This document shows, one piece after another, positions 1 to 9,397 of a stretch of 35,284 bases of DNA. Position 1 is the first letter of the stretch. The number at the start of each line of letters is the position of its first letter. The position numbers and the translations under genes are program-made. Source of the stretch: Acidobacteriota bacterium (GTDB lineage Bacteria; Acidobacteriota; Vicinamibacteria; Vicinamibacterales; UBA2999). Location of the stretch: positions 1 to 35,284 of the forward strand of contig JAIVJN010000031.1 in the NCBI GenBank assembly GCA_020200025.1. The letters run 5' to 3'. A model generated the notes under the pieces. It searched no databases and was not told where the DNA came from. It saw only the letters and a list, made by a program, of their open reading frames with translations.

Positions 1-123
1 TTCGGCTCCGCTTCGCTAGTGACGGCGTTGTCTTGCCCCGCTTCGCGGGGCGTAGACATCTCCTCAGGCAACACGGAAAAACTTGCTTCATTCGTGACGC
101 TCTCAGCCTGAGGAGATGTCTAG
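1..123. repeat. Repeated palindromic (MITE/REP-like) element, copy 1
   Basis: GCCCCGCTTCGCGGGGC hairpin, then a 17-bp inverted repeat TAGACATCTCCTCAGGC (53-69) / GCCTGAGGAGATGTCTA (106-122). A similar copy lies at about 8868-8987. The right arm contains the stop codon of the moeB fusion. Confidence 0.75.
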
Positions 124-1610
124 TACTTCGGCTGACTCGGATCCACCTGGTCGATCCACCCGAGGATGCCGCCGGTGAGATTTGCCACCCGTCCAAACCC
201 AACGCCGCGAAGAAACGCCGCCGCCTTGGCGCTGCGGGCCCCTGACTTGCACTGACACACGATGGCGGCATTCTGATCGAGCTCCTGATAGCGCTGCGGG
301 AGCTCGCCGAGCGGGATGAGGACCGACCCGGGGATGCGGTTGATTTGGTACTCCTGCGGCTCACGCACGTCGAGCACCAGGACCGGTTCGCCGGCGTCCA
401 ACTTCCGCTTGAGCTCGGTCGCCGTCAGCTCGTTCCCTAATACGCCCTCTCCCTTCTCCCCAGCGTGCGACGCATCGGGTGCGGGCGCCACCCCGCAGAA
501 CTGCTCGTAATCGATCAGCTCGCGCACGGTCGGGTGCGTGCCGCACACCGGGCAGTCGGGATCCTTGCGCAGCTTGAGCTCGCGGAAACGCATCCTCAGC
601 GCGTCGAAGATCAGGAACCGTCCGATCAACGGCTCACCTTTGCCGAGAATCAACTTGATCGTCTCGGTGGCTTGAATGGTGCCGATGACGCCGGGCAGCA
701 CGCCCAGCACGCCACCTTCGGCGCAACTTGGCACCAACCCGGGTGGGGGCGGCTCCGGGTACAAGCACCGGTAGCACGGACCCTCCTTGGTGGCGAAGAC
801 CGATGCCTGGCCTTCGAACCGGAAGATGCTGCCGTACGCATTCGGTTTACCGAGCAGCACACAAGCATCGTTGACCAGGTAGCGGGTCGGGAAGTTGTCG
901 GTCCCGTCGAGGATCACGTCGTAGCCGGCGAAGAGGTCGAGGGCGTTCTCGGAGCTGAGCGCCGTCTCATACATCTGAATCTCCACACCAGGATTGAGCG
1001 CGTTCAGGCGTGTCTTGGCCGACTCGAGCTTCGATCGGCCGACATCGGCGGTGCCATGCAGAAGCTGCCGCTGCAGGTTGCTGAGATCGACGACGTCGAA
1101 GTCGACGATGCCGAGGGTGCCGACGCCGGCGGCCGCCAGATACATCGCCGCTGGCGACCCTAGCCCGCCCGCACCGATACACAACACTTTGGCGGCTTTC
1201 AGCGCCCGCTGCCCGTCCATCCCCACTTCCGGCAGGATCAGGTGACGGCTGTATCGCCGGATCTCGTCGGCCGAAAGCGCCGGCAGCGATGGCGCTTCAA
1301 CGCCGGCCGCGGTCTCCTGCGCGGCGGAGTGGGGTGCGCCGCCCGCGACCGACGGGATGATGCTGACCGTATCGCCACTCTTCACCGGCGTCCGATCCTT
1401 CTGCAAATACCTGATGTCATCGTCGTTCACGTAGACGTTGACAAAGCTGCGCAACTTGCCGTCTTCGGTGAACAGATGCGGCCGCAACCCTGAAAATCGG
1501 GACGTCAAGCCGGCAAGGAGCTCGCCGACCGTGGCACCATCGACCTCGACGCTCTCGAGCTTGTCGGTGAACGCGCGGAGCGGTGTGGGAATGTGAATCT
1601 TGACAGCCAT
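120..1610 (-). CDS. moeB: MoaD/ThiS ubiquitin-like sulfur carrier + MoeB/ThiF adenylyltransferase + rhodanese fusion (MoeZ-like), 496 aa
   Basis: True start is MAVKIHIPTPLR (ATG at 1610). The Ubl domain ends ...VSIIPSVAGG. It is followed by RYSRH, GAGGLG, SNLQRQ, CYRC/CPVC Zn motifs and a C-terminal rhodanese (DVREPQE...CKSGARS). Confidence 0.93.
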   Translation of the reverse strand: MAVKIHIPTPLRAFTDKLESVEVDGATVGELLAGLTSRFSGLRPHLFTEDGKLRSFVNVYVNDDDIRYLQKDRTPVKSGDTVSIIPSVAGGAPHSAAQETAAGVEAPSLPALSADEIRRYSRHLILPEVGMDGQRALKAAKVLCIGAGGLGSPAAMYLAAAGVGTLGIVDFDVVDLSNLQRQLLHGTADVGRSKLESAKTRLNALNPGVEIQMYETALSSENALDLFAGYDVILDGTDNFPTRYLVNDACVLLGKPNAYGSIFRFEGQASVFATKEGPCYRCLYPEPPPPGLVPSCAEGGVLGVLPGVIGTIQATETIKLILGKGEPLIGRFLIFDALRMRFRELKLRKDPDCPVCGTHPTVRELIDYEQFCGVAPAPDASHAGEKGEGVLGNELTATELKRKLDAGEPVLVLDVREPQEYQINRIPGSVLIPLGELPQRYQELDQNAAIVCQCKSGARSAKAAAFLRGVGFGRVANLTGGILGWIDQVDPSQPKY

Positions 1611-1692
1611 GTGTGGACTCGAGTGAATCTGGCGGCGAGACCGCAGAGCTTCGTGCCACGCGGAGCTCGTCGTGCTGCGTTGTTCAACGGGC

Positions 1693-1989
1693 TTACTGTT
1701 TGGCGACTCGTTGGTCGATGTCCACGTCTTCTGCATCGAATTGCGATCGATCCGAGCGTAGGCGCCAGGATCGCAGATCGCCGTCGCGTCCAGCCTCGAC
1801 GGCGACAATGACATAGGCGAAGACCGGCCAGGCGTGGCGTGGACCCTCATCGGTGACATTTGCCAGCGCGAGCGCCTCGTATACGACGTCGCCCCGGCCG
1901 ATGAGCGCTCCGCAACACTCATCAGGATAGGTCTCGCGGCCATGCGCCCGAATCGAGTGCTCGACGGAGCCCGACAGGCGGAGCGACAT
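1693..1989 (-). pseudogene. JAB/Mov34/MPN (M67, Mec-like) metallopeptidase with the catalytic JAMM segment missing in frame
   Basis: The N-terminal YPDECCGALIG and C-terminal HAWP..YVIVAV match the family, but EGPR joins directly to HAWP at about 1836/1837 with no HSHP...S..D. TGATG overlap with cysM. May be an assembly gap. Confidence 0.75.
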
Positions 1990-2987
1990 CAGCTCACGTC
2001 CTGCTCGGGCGCATGGTGCGTGGCCGACCGTTCCCCATCGCGATCCATTTCGTCCCAGAAGCGTTCCGACAAGTATTTCTCTCCCCCGTCGCAGAAGATG
2101 ACGACGATGACGGGCGAAGGCGTTCGACGATGGTCGAGGTGCCGCGCCAGCTCGAGCGCGCCGGCAAGGTTGGCGCCGCTCGAGACCCCGAGCAGCAGCC
2201 CTTCTTCGCGCGCGAGCCGGCGCGTGAGCGCGTACGCCTGCTCGGTGCCAACGCGAAGATCGATGGTCGCGAGACCCGGATCATAGATGCCCGGCACGAT
2301 GGCCGACTCCATGTGCTTCAAGCCTTCGAGTCCGTGCAGCGGCGAGTCCGGCTGCACCGACGCGAGCACCGCCGGCGAGCCTGAATCGCGCAGGAAGCGG
2401 CCGACACCCATGAACGTTCCGCTCGTGCCCAGTCCCGCGACAAAGTGCGTCAGCCGGCCGCGGGTCTGTTCGACGATCTCCGGGCCCGTCGACTCGTAGT
2501 GCGCGCGCCAGTTGCCGTCGTTGTTGTACTGGTCGGCGTAAAAATAACGCTCGGGATGCTTCGCGTAGAGAGCTCGCGCGGCGACGATCGCCCCGTCCGA
2601 GGCCTGCATCGGATCGGTGAAGACGATCTCGGCGCCGTAGGCGCGCAAGATGCGCTTCCGCTCAGGCGTGACGTTGGCCGGGACACACAGGGTGACACCG
2701 AAGCCGAGCGCGGCTCCGATCATCGCGTAGGCGATGCCCGTGTTGCCAGAGGTGGCATCGAGCAAGCGTCGCCCCGAACCGAGCGCCCCGCTGCGCAACG
2801 CGTCGCGCACCATCCACCAGGCGGGTCGGTCTTTCACCGAGCCGCCGGGATTCTGCCACTCAGCTTTGGCGTAGAGCTCCACGCCGGGCACATCGCGCTC
2901 GATATGGTTGAGCCGCACGAGCGGCGTGCGCCCGATGGCATCCACGACCGTGGTGGCCTCAGCGGCGTAGCTCGAAATTGTCCCCAT
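1989..2987 (-). CDS. cysM: PLP-dependent cysteine synthase family (CysM-like)
   Basis: NPGGSVKDR (PLP lysine), ATSGNTG and GLGTSGT motifs. Start is ATG 2987, or alternatively GTG 3011. Confidence 0.88.
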   Translation of the reverse strand: MGTISSYAAEATTVVDAIGRTPLVRLNHIERDVPGVELYAKAEWQNPGGSVKDRPAWWMVRDALRSGALGSGRRLLDATSGNTGIAYAMIGAALGFGVTLCVPANVTPERKRILRAYGAEIVFTDPMQASDGAIVAARALYAKHPERYFYADQYNNDGNWRAHYESTGPEIVEQTRGRLTHFVAGLGTSGTFMGVGRFLRDSGSPAVLASVQPDSPLHGLEGLKHMESAIVPGIYDPGLATIDLRVGTEQAYALTRRLAREEGLLLGVSSGANLAGALELARHLDHRRTPSPVIVVIFCDGGEKYLSERFWDEMDRDGERSATHHAPEQDVS

Positions 2988-3070
2988 GATATCCGACTCG
3001 TTCGGTCTCACTTAGATTACCCTCGGGAGACGCACGGCGCAATCCACGGCCGTAGACCGACGAGCTTGAG

Positions 3071-3733
3071 GTGTCCATCGACTACGAAAAGGGACGGCGA
3101 CACCTCATGCGGCGCGATCCTGTGCTTGCGCGGATCATCCGCCGAGTCGGTCCCTGCGGGCTCGGAGCCTTGCCCGATCGCGACGCGTTCGTGTCGCTCT
3201 TGGAAGCCATTGCTTCGCAGCAGTTGTCGGCGAAGGCCGCCGACACGATCTTTTGCCGCTTTTGTGACCTCTTCCCGCCCGATCGCAGCCCCGACCCGGC
3301 GCGGATCGCGCGCCTCGACGATGCGGCGATACGAGCGGCCGGCTTCAGCGGTGCAAAGATCGGCTACGTGCGCGACCTCGCGGCGCATGTCGCCGACGGG
3401 CGTCTCGATCTCGCGGCTCTGGAGAGCGCGAGCGACGCCGACGTGATGGCGATGCTCACGCGCGTGAAAGGCATCGGCCGCTGGACCGCCGAGATGTTCC
3501 TGATCTTCCGGCTGAAGCGGCCGGATGTCTTCGCGGTCGACGACCTCGGGCTGGTGAATGCGGTTCAGCGCGCGTATGCGCTGCGCGCGCGCCCCTCGCC
3601 CCGCCGACTCGACGCCATCAGCGAGGGCTGGCGACCCTACCGGTCGCTGGCATCGTGGTATCTGTGGAAGAGTCTGGCACTTCCCGCCGAATCGGCGGCT
3701 CGTGCGGTCACTTCACGCCAACGGTCAACGTGA
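3071..3733 (+). CDS. DNA-3-methyladenine glycosylase II (AlkA family, HhH-GPD)
   Basis: IASQQLS, HhH motif LTRVKGIGRWTAEM, DDLG, and W.PYRS.A.WYLW. Confidence 0.88.
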   Translation: MSIDYEKGRRHLMRRDPVLARIIRRVGPCGLGALPDRDAFVSLLEAIASQQLSAKAADTIFCRFCDLFPPDRSPDPARIARLDDAAIRAAGFSGAKIGYVRDLAAHVADGRLDLAALESASDADVMAMLTRVKGIGRWTAEMFLIFRLKRPDVFAVDDLGLVNAVQRAYALRARPSPRRLDAISEGWRPYRSLASWYLWKSLALPAESAARAVTSRQRST

Positions 3734-4210
3734 CCTGACCGCGTATTTCGATTTCCCCGGCCGCCACCGGCGTCGTCTGACGCGCCTCGTCGACGGCCAT
3801 ACGCGCCATCATCATCGATTGAGGCGGCGGAACGACACGCGCACTCGATTCTTCGATGCGGACGATGCGGCCTACCGCCGCACCGGCGCCGGCCGCGACG
3901 GCCTCGGCGCGTGCTCGGGCATCGACGACCGCAAGCCGCAGGGCGTCGCGCTCGATGGCGTCTCGCTGCTTCAGGTCGAAACGGAGACCGTGGATCGACG
4001 TCGCGCCCGTGCCAACTCTTTGGGCTGACGCGAACGATTCTCCGCCCCGATGGTGACCCAGGCGCGATCGGGCGCGGACTTGACCACGCCTTCCCCGGTT
4101 ACGACGATGACCGGTTCTGCGGGCGGCGTCTGGGCAGCGGCGCCTCCGGGCGCGCCGTTGACGAGCAGCAGCGAGACAATCACGACGGCAGGGCGGCACA
4201 ACACAATCAC
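3708..4210 (-). pseudogene. SIMPL/DUF541 periplasmic protein, split by an internal deletion and frameshift near 4016
   Basis: Signal peptide and VTGEGVVKSAPDRAWVTIG are in one frame. GATSIHGLRFDL...A.A.A...GEIEIRGQVTL is in another. The central part is absent. Confidence 0.75.
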
Positions 4211-4231
4211 GTCCTTCCCAAGGGTGGCTCT

Positions 4232-4376
4232 TAGACCGTTATGCGGCCCGTAACGAGAATTTCGTACCCATTTGTGAATCCGCATAACGGTCTAGACGGG
4301 CAGAGCGCGTCGAAGGCAACGAGAACTAGCCAAGGGCAAACTGACGGGATATCAAGGGCAAAGCCCTTGGCTAGTT
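4232..4376. repeat. Two adjacent (C)TAG-bounded inverted-repeat elements
   Basis: 15-bp perfect IR TAGACCGTTATGCGG (4232-4246) / CCGCATAACGGTCTA (4280-4294). 14-bp IR AACTAGCCAAGGGC (4324-4337) / GCCCTTGGCTAGTT (4363-4376). Confidence 0.75.
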
Positions 4377-4456
4377 TAGACGCCACCTTGGGGCTGGTCG
4401 GGCGGGTCGGGTTGCGCATCAGGCGGGTCGGGCTGGCCCGATAACGCCCAATCCGC

Positions 4457-5257
4457 CTAGGCCTTTCGATCGTCGCTGTACGCGACGCGGAAACCGATGC
4501 TGTAGGCATAGGTATCGACCGGCACCTCGTGACGATGCGCGCAGCGGAGTTGGCGCACGTCATGAGTCACCCACGAGCCGCCTCTGACGAGGCGTAGCCG
4601 CCCGATGGACGGTCCTCGCGGATTGCGCTGGTCACCGTTGCGATAGGCGTCGGGGCGATACCAGTCCGCCACCCATTCCCACACATTGCCAACCATATCG
4701 GAAAGGTCGAACGCGTTCGACGGATAGCTGCCGACGGGTCGCGTCCCACGATGGCGCTTCAGCGCGGGCTCGGGGAGGAAGTTGGCGCGCGAGGGGTCGA
4801 TGTCGTCGCCCCAGGGATAGTGACGGCCGTCGACGCCACCACGGGCCGCACGCTCCCACTCGGCTTCGGTGGCGAGCCGCACTGGCTGTCCAATCTGCTC
4901 GCCGAGCCACCGACAGTACATTGCGGCATCCGTGTAGGCCACCAGGGTGACTGGATGACGGCCTCGCTCCTTCGGCATTTTGCCGCCGCGCCAGGCGTAG
5001 GCACCGGCGAGCTCGCGAAACGCCGGCTCTTGCGCCGGGGTGACCACCCGGGGAAGCTCGCGCAGCGCCGGTACGGGATGCGGGCGCTGGCGGACGAAGT
5101 CGGCGTATTGATCGTTGGTGATGGGATGAATCGCCAGGTGGAACGCATCGACGAACACGCGGTGCGCCGGCCGTTCGTCCTCGTCGCCATCGTCGGCGCC
5201 CATCGTAAACTCGCCCGCCGGGACTCGCACAAAGCGAGGGAGCAGCTCGTCAGCCAT
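4457..5257 (-). CDS. Formylglycine-generating-enzyme (FGE-sulfatase/SUMF1) domain protein
   Basis: F.MG....E.P.H.V, HPVTLV, RLATEAEWERAARGG, MVGNVWEW, RGGSW and IGFR motifs. Confidence 0.88.
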   Translation of the reverse strand: MADELLPRFVRVPAGEFTMGADDGDEDERPAHRVFVDAFHLAIHPITNDQYADFVRQRPHPVPALRELPRVVTPAQEPAFRELAGAYAWRGGKMPKERGRHPVTLVAYTDAAMYCRWLGEQIGQPVRLATEAEWERAARGGVDGRHYPWGDDIDPSRANFLPEPALKRHRGTRPVGSYPSNAFDLSDMVGNVWEWVADWYRPDAYRNGDQRNPRGPSIGRLRLVRGGSWVTHDVRQLRCAHRHEVPVDTYAYSIGFRVAYSDDRKA

Positions 5258-5273
5258 TGCTGGAGTGGCACCG

Positions 5274-5285
5274 AAAGTATACTTT
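5274..5285. promoter_or_regulatory. Palindromic -10 element (AAAGTATACTTT), probable bidirectional promoter
   Basis: TATACT reads on both strands within a 34-bp divergent intergenic gap, 8 nt before the + strand ATG. Confidence 0.5.
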
Positions 5286-5291
5286 CCCGTC

Positions 5292-6446
5292 ATGAAGCTC
5301 GAACAGTTCTCCCTGGAGCGAATGCAGTCCACATGGGAGAACGTCGTGGACATCAATTTGTCGGAAAGCGGTGTCCGGCCGCTGTCCCCGCGCGAGCTAC
5401 TTGCCGGGGACGCCCGCGCGATCGATGGCCTTCTCGATCAACCTCTGCTCTACACGCAGTCGAACGGAACCCCGGAGCTGCGTTCGGCCATCGCGGCGCT
5501 GTATCCCGGCGCGTCCGAGTCGCACGTGCAGGTCACCAACGGAGGATCGGAGGCGAACTTCGTGTCTGTCTGGCGGCTCGTCGAGCCCGGCGACGAGGTA
5601 GCGATGCTGGTGCCGAACTATCTGCAAACGTGGGGCCTTGCCCGCGCGTTCGGCGCCACCATTCGCGAATGGCGGCTGATCGAGGATCGGCAGGGCGGAC
5701 GCTGGCGGCCCGACCTCGATGCGCTGGAGCGCATCGTTTCCGGGCGCACGCGACTCATCATCATCTGCACGCCCAACAACCCGACCGGCTCCCGGCTCAC
5801 GTCCGACGAGCTCGATCGCGTCGCCACCATCGCCGCACGTCACGGCACGTGGATCCTGTCCGATGAGGTGTACCGTGGAGCGGAGCTCGATGGCATCGAC
5901 ACGCCGTCGATGTGGGGTCGCTCGGAACGCGCGATCATCACCAGTGGTTTGTCGAAAGCCTACGGCCTGCCTGGACTCCGAATCGGGTGGGCGATTGCGT
6001 CCCCAGCGATGATCGAGTCGCTCTGGTCCTATCACGACTACACCACGATCGGTCCGGGCGCGCTGAGCGATCGGCTCGCGCGTGCGGCGCTCGAGCCCGC
6101 GACGTGCCAGCGCCTCATCGATCGAACGCGCGGGATCCTTCGCGCCAACCTTCCGCTGGTGGAGGAGTGGCTCACCGCTCATGAGACGGGGTTTTCGTGG
6201 ACGCGGCCCGAAGCCGGCGCCATCGTCTACGTTCGCTATCACTACCGCGTGCGCTCGACGACGCTCGTCGACCGTCTGCGCGAGACGCAAAGCGTGCTCA
6301 TCGTGCCGGGCGATCATTTCGGTATGGACGGCTATCTGCGCATCGGATACGGCGAGTCGCCGCATTACGTCCGCACCGGTCTCGCGCGGTTGGACGAGCT
6401 GCTCGCGACGCTGCCGGCCGAGGAGCGCCCAGTCTCCGCGGCATGA
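5292..6446 (+). CDS. Aminotransferase class I/II (PLP)
   Basis: PNNPTG, SDEVY and SGLSKAYGLPGLRIGW motifs. ATG at 5292. Confidence 0.9.
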   Translation: MKLEQFSLERMQSTWENVVDINLSESGVRPLSPRELLAGDARAIDGLLDQPLLYTQSNGTPELRSAIAALYPGASESHVQVTNGGSEANFVSVWRLVEPGDEVAMLVPNYLQTWGLARAFGATIREWRLIEDRQGGRWRPDLDALERIVSGRTRLIIICTPNNPTGSRLTSDELDRVATIAARHGTWILSDEVYRGAELDGIDTPSMWGRSERAIITSGLSKAYGLPGLRIGWAIASPAMIESLWSYHDYTTIGPGALSDRLARAALEPATCQRLIDRTRGILRANLPLVEEWLTAHETGFSWTRPEAGAIVYVRYHYRVRSTTLVDRLRETQSVLIVPGDHFGMDGYLRIGYGESPHYVRTGLARLDELLATLPAEERPVSAA

Positions 6447-7507
6447 GCCGGCCCGAGCTGGCGCTGGCGCTTGTCGGGTTTGGACACGTCGGGCAGCGCT
6501 TCTTACGGCTGCTCGACGAGGTGGCCGATCGCCTCGACTTCGACTGGCGCCTGGTGGCCATCGCGACCAGACGTCATGGATGTGCCGTGGATGCCGACGG
6601 CATCGACGCCGACCGCGCACTGGCGACGATGGAGGGGCGTCTCTCGCTCGAGCGCCTCGATCACGAGCCCCAACAGCGCAGCGGCATCGACGTCGTTCGG
6701 CGCGTCACGGACGTTCTCGCCGACGAAGCCAGCGAGGGCCGGCTCGTGACGATCGAAACAACCCTGCTCGACATCGAGCAGGGTGAGCCAGCCACGGCGC
6801 ACGTGCGCGCCTCGCTCGAAGGGCTCGCTCACGTCGTCACCGCCAACAAGGGACCCGTGGCGTTCGGGTATCGCGATCTCGAATCACTGGCGGAGTCGGT
6901 CGATCGCTTCTTTCTGTTCGAAGGCGCAGTCATGGACGGCGTGCCAGTCTTCAATCTCGTCCGCGAGACCATGCCAGGCGTCGTCGTCGAGGCGTTCCGC
7001 GGAGTGATCAACAGCACCTGCAACTACGTGCTCGCGGAGCTCGAACGTGGCACGCCCTTCGACGATGCGATTGCGGCGATGCAGGCGCAGGGCATCGCGG
7101 AAGCCGACCCCTCGCACGATGTCGATGGATGGGACGCGGCCGCAAAGACGGCAGCGCTCGCCAACGTCCTTCTCGATGCCGTCATCACGCCGCACCAAGT
7201 CGAACGAACGGGCATTCGGGATGTCACGGCGGCCGACGCGTCCGAAGCGGTCGCCAGTGGGCGCCGTATCCGGCTCGTGGCTTCTGCCGCGCGACACGGT
7301 CGCACGATCGAGGCGCGGGTCGAGCCCGAGCTGCTCGATGGCCGCGATCCACTCGCCAATCTCACCGGCACCGAGAACGCGCTCTACTTGAAGACGGATC
7401 TGCTCGGCGAAATCGGCGTCGTGCAACGTACCGGGTCGGTCGCGCAGACGGCGTATGCGCTGCTCAGCGACGTCATGAGGATCAGCCGGCGATTCCGTGA
7501 GTTGTAG
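6443..7507 (+). CDS. Homoserine dehydrogenase-like (short form, no ACT domain)
   Basis: GFGHVG, VVTANKGP, FEGAVMDGVP, GVINSTCN and AEADP..DVDGWDAAAK motifs. ATGA overlap with the upstream gene. Confidence 0.85.
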   Translation: MSRPELALALVGFGHVGQRFLRLLDEVADRLDFDWRLVAIATRRHGCAVDADGIDADRALATMEGRLSLERLDHEPQQRSGIDVVRRVTDVLADEASEGRLVTIETTLLDIEQGEPATAHVRASLEGLAHVVTANKGPVAFGYRDLESLAESVDRFFLFEGAVMDGVPVFNLVRETMPGVVVEAFRGVINSTCNYVLAELERGTPFDDAIAAMQAQGIAEADPSHDVDGWDAAAKTAALANVLLDAVITPHQVERTGIRDVTAADASEAVASGRRIRLVASAARHGRTIEARVEPELLDGRDPLANLTGTENALYLKTDLLGEIGVVQRTGSVAQTAYALLSDVMRISRRFREL

Positions 7508-7552
7508 GCGACACCGCGCCTCGGTTTTCCTCTTTATTCGTACAATAGCCGG

Positions 7553-8740
7553 ATGACCGCACCGCTCGAGGGCGTGACGGTGCTCGACCTGACGCGCGTG
7601 CTGTCCGGTCCGTATTGCACCATGGTGTTGGGCGATCTTGGCGCCCGCATCATCAAGCTGGAGCATCCAGCCCGCGGCGACGACACGCGCCACTGGGGAC
7701 CGCCGTTCCTAGCCGATCAGAGCGCCTATTTCCTGAGCATCAATCGCAACAAGGAGAGCCTCACGCTCGACTTCAAGCACGTGGACGCCGGCGAGGTTCT
7801 CGCGCGGCTGCTGCCGCGGGTCGACGTCCTGGTCGAGAACTTCCGTCCGGGGACGCTCGATGGATGCGAGCTCGATGCGGACACGCTGCTCCAGCGGTTT
7901 CCGCGTCTCGTGTACTGCTCGATTTCCGGATACGGCCAGACCGGTCCGCGCTCGCGCGAGCCGGGCTACGATGCGGTGATTCAGGCCGAGGGCGGCTTGA
8001 TGAGCGTGACGGGCGATGCCGACGGTCCGGCGTTCCGCCTCGGTGTGGCCATCTCCGACATCACCGCGGGTCTCTTCGCGGCGCAAGGGGTGCTGGCCGC
8101 CCTTCTGGCCCGCGAGCGTACGGGACGCGGCCAGCTCGTCGACGTCGGCATGCTCGACTCGACCGCTGCCCTTCTCACCTATCAAGCCGCCATCCATTTT
8201 GCGACCGGTCAGCCACCGGCGCGCATGGGCAACCGACATCCGACGATTGCGCCCTACGAGACATTCACGGCAACGGATGGCGAAGTGGTCGTGGCAGTCG
8301 GCAACGATGCCATCTGGCGCCGCTTTTGTGCCGCTGCCGGCTTGGACGGCCTCGCCGAGGATCACCGCTTTGCAACGAACCGTGGACGGTTGACGAATTA
8401 CACCGAGCTCAGGCCGATCCTGGCCGAGCGGCTCGGCACGAGGTCACGCGCCGAATGGCTCACACGCTTCACCGCGGCGGGCGTGCCGTGCGGGTCCGTG
8501 CGGAGCGTCGGCGAGGTCCTCGCGGATCCGCACCTGGCCTCGCGACAGATGATCCACGCGCTGCCGCACCCGACGGCCGGATTCGTGCAGGTGATCGGAT
8601 CGCCGCTCAAGCTCTCGGACACACCCACGAGCGTGCGTACGGCTCCGCCCGTCCTCGGACAGCACACCGAGTCGATCCTGTCGGAGCTCGGGTTCGGGTC
8701 GACGGCGATTGACGGGTTGCGATCAGCTGGAGCGGTCTAG
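7553..8740 (+). CDS. Family III CoA transferase (CaiB/BaiF)
   Basis: LDLTRVLSGP, GDDTR, NRNKES, VENFRPG, GYGQTGP and PPVLGQHT motifs. Confidence 0.92.
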   Translation: MTAPLEGVTVLDLTRVLSGPYCTMVLGDLGARIIKLEHPARGDDTRHWGPPFLADQSAYFLSINRNKESLTLDFKHVDAGEVLARLLPRVDVLVENFRPGTLDGCELDADTLLQRFPRLVYCSISGYGQTGPRSREPGYDAVIQAEGGLMSVTGDADGPAFRLGVAISDITAGLFAAQGVLAALLARERTGRGQLVDVGMLDSTAALLTYQAAIHFATGQPPARMGNRHPTIAPYETFTATDGEVVVAVGNDAIWRRFCAAAGLDGLAEDHRFATNRGRLTNYTELRPILAERLGTRSRAEWLTRFTAAGVPCGSVRSVGEVLADPHLASRQMIHALPHPTAGFVQVIGSPLKLSDTPTSVRTAPPVLGQHTESILSELGFGSTAIDGLRSAGAV

Positions 8741-8987
8741 CGGCTGATGAAAAGCCGAGCCTTGAAGTCAAGAGGCACAAGGCCGCCTCTTGCCTGGCCT
8801 ACTCCGGTTGCTGGGTTTTTCACCAACCTGGCAGCGAAGCTTCGCCCCGAACCGCCAAGAGATCAGCGGGGCTGCGCTTCGCTGCCATAGTATTGTTTTG
8901 CCCCGCCTCGCGGGGCCTAGACATCTCCTGAGGCCATTCGGGAAATTAGCTTCATTCACAACGCTCCCAGCCTTAGGAGATGTCTAG
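8737..8987. repeat. Cluster of palindromic repeats, including copy 2 of the element at 1-123
   Basis: Imperfect IR CTAGCGGCTGATGAAAAG...TTTTTCACCAACCTGGCAG (8737-8833). Then GCCCCGCCTCGCGGGGC and CTAGACATCTCCTGAGGC (8917-8934) / GCCTTAGGAGATGTCTAG (8970-8987). Confidence 0.7.
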
Positions 8988-9022
8988 TGTTGCTGGACCC
9001 GCGTTTCGCAACGAGCTTATCC

Positions 9023-9397
9023 ATGGATACCGGCCTCGTCCGTAAACGTCTTCGCTCTGCCGTCGATGCGGCGCGCAGGGAAGCCACGGCACGCCGCTCT
9101 CGCGCTGACGCGTCCGCAAAAGCTTACGAGCAATTCCTCGTCGACGTGGCTGTGCCGGCATTCCGCGCCATGGCCACTGCGCTTCGCGCCGAAGGACTGC
9201 CGTTCGAGGTGATGACCCCGTCCGATGCCGTACGGTTGGTGCCGGAACGCAATCGTGACGATGGGATCACGCTCGAGCTCGATGCGACGGCCGATCCGCC
9301 GATGCCGCTCGTCTCAGTAACGCGTTCGCGGGGCAGCCGCGTCGTCCAGCGCGAGCGAACCGTGAGAGGGGCCGCCACCCCGTACGCCCCCGGATAG
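9023..9397 (+). CDS. Hypothetical protein, 3' end apparently truncated near 9370
   Basis: Protein-like ORF (MDTGLVRKRLRSAVDAARRE...) that runs head-on into the convergent methyltransferase with no normal end. Confidence 0.6.
   Translation: MDTGLVRKRLRSAVDAARREATARRSRADASAKAYEQFLVDVAVPAFRAMATALRAEGLPFEVMTPSDAVRLVPERNRDDGITLELDATADPPMPLVSVTRSRGSRVVQRERTVRGAATPYAPG

Noticed and set aside
1611-1943. N-terminal extension of the moeB fusion to 607 aa
   Set aside because: Overlaps the JAB gene in another frame and is not protein-like. The real start is 1610.
120-1989. Ubl/E1/JAB as an antiphage (CBASS/Bil-type) conjugation system
   Set aside because: No E2, cyclase or effector. CysM and rhodanese point to sulfur metabolism.
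9124-9397. Apparent 270-bp convergent gene overlap
   Set aside because: Both 3' ends are missing at the junction near 9370, so it is not a real overlap.
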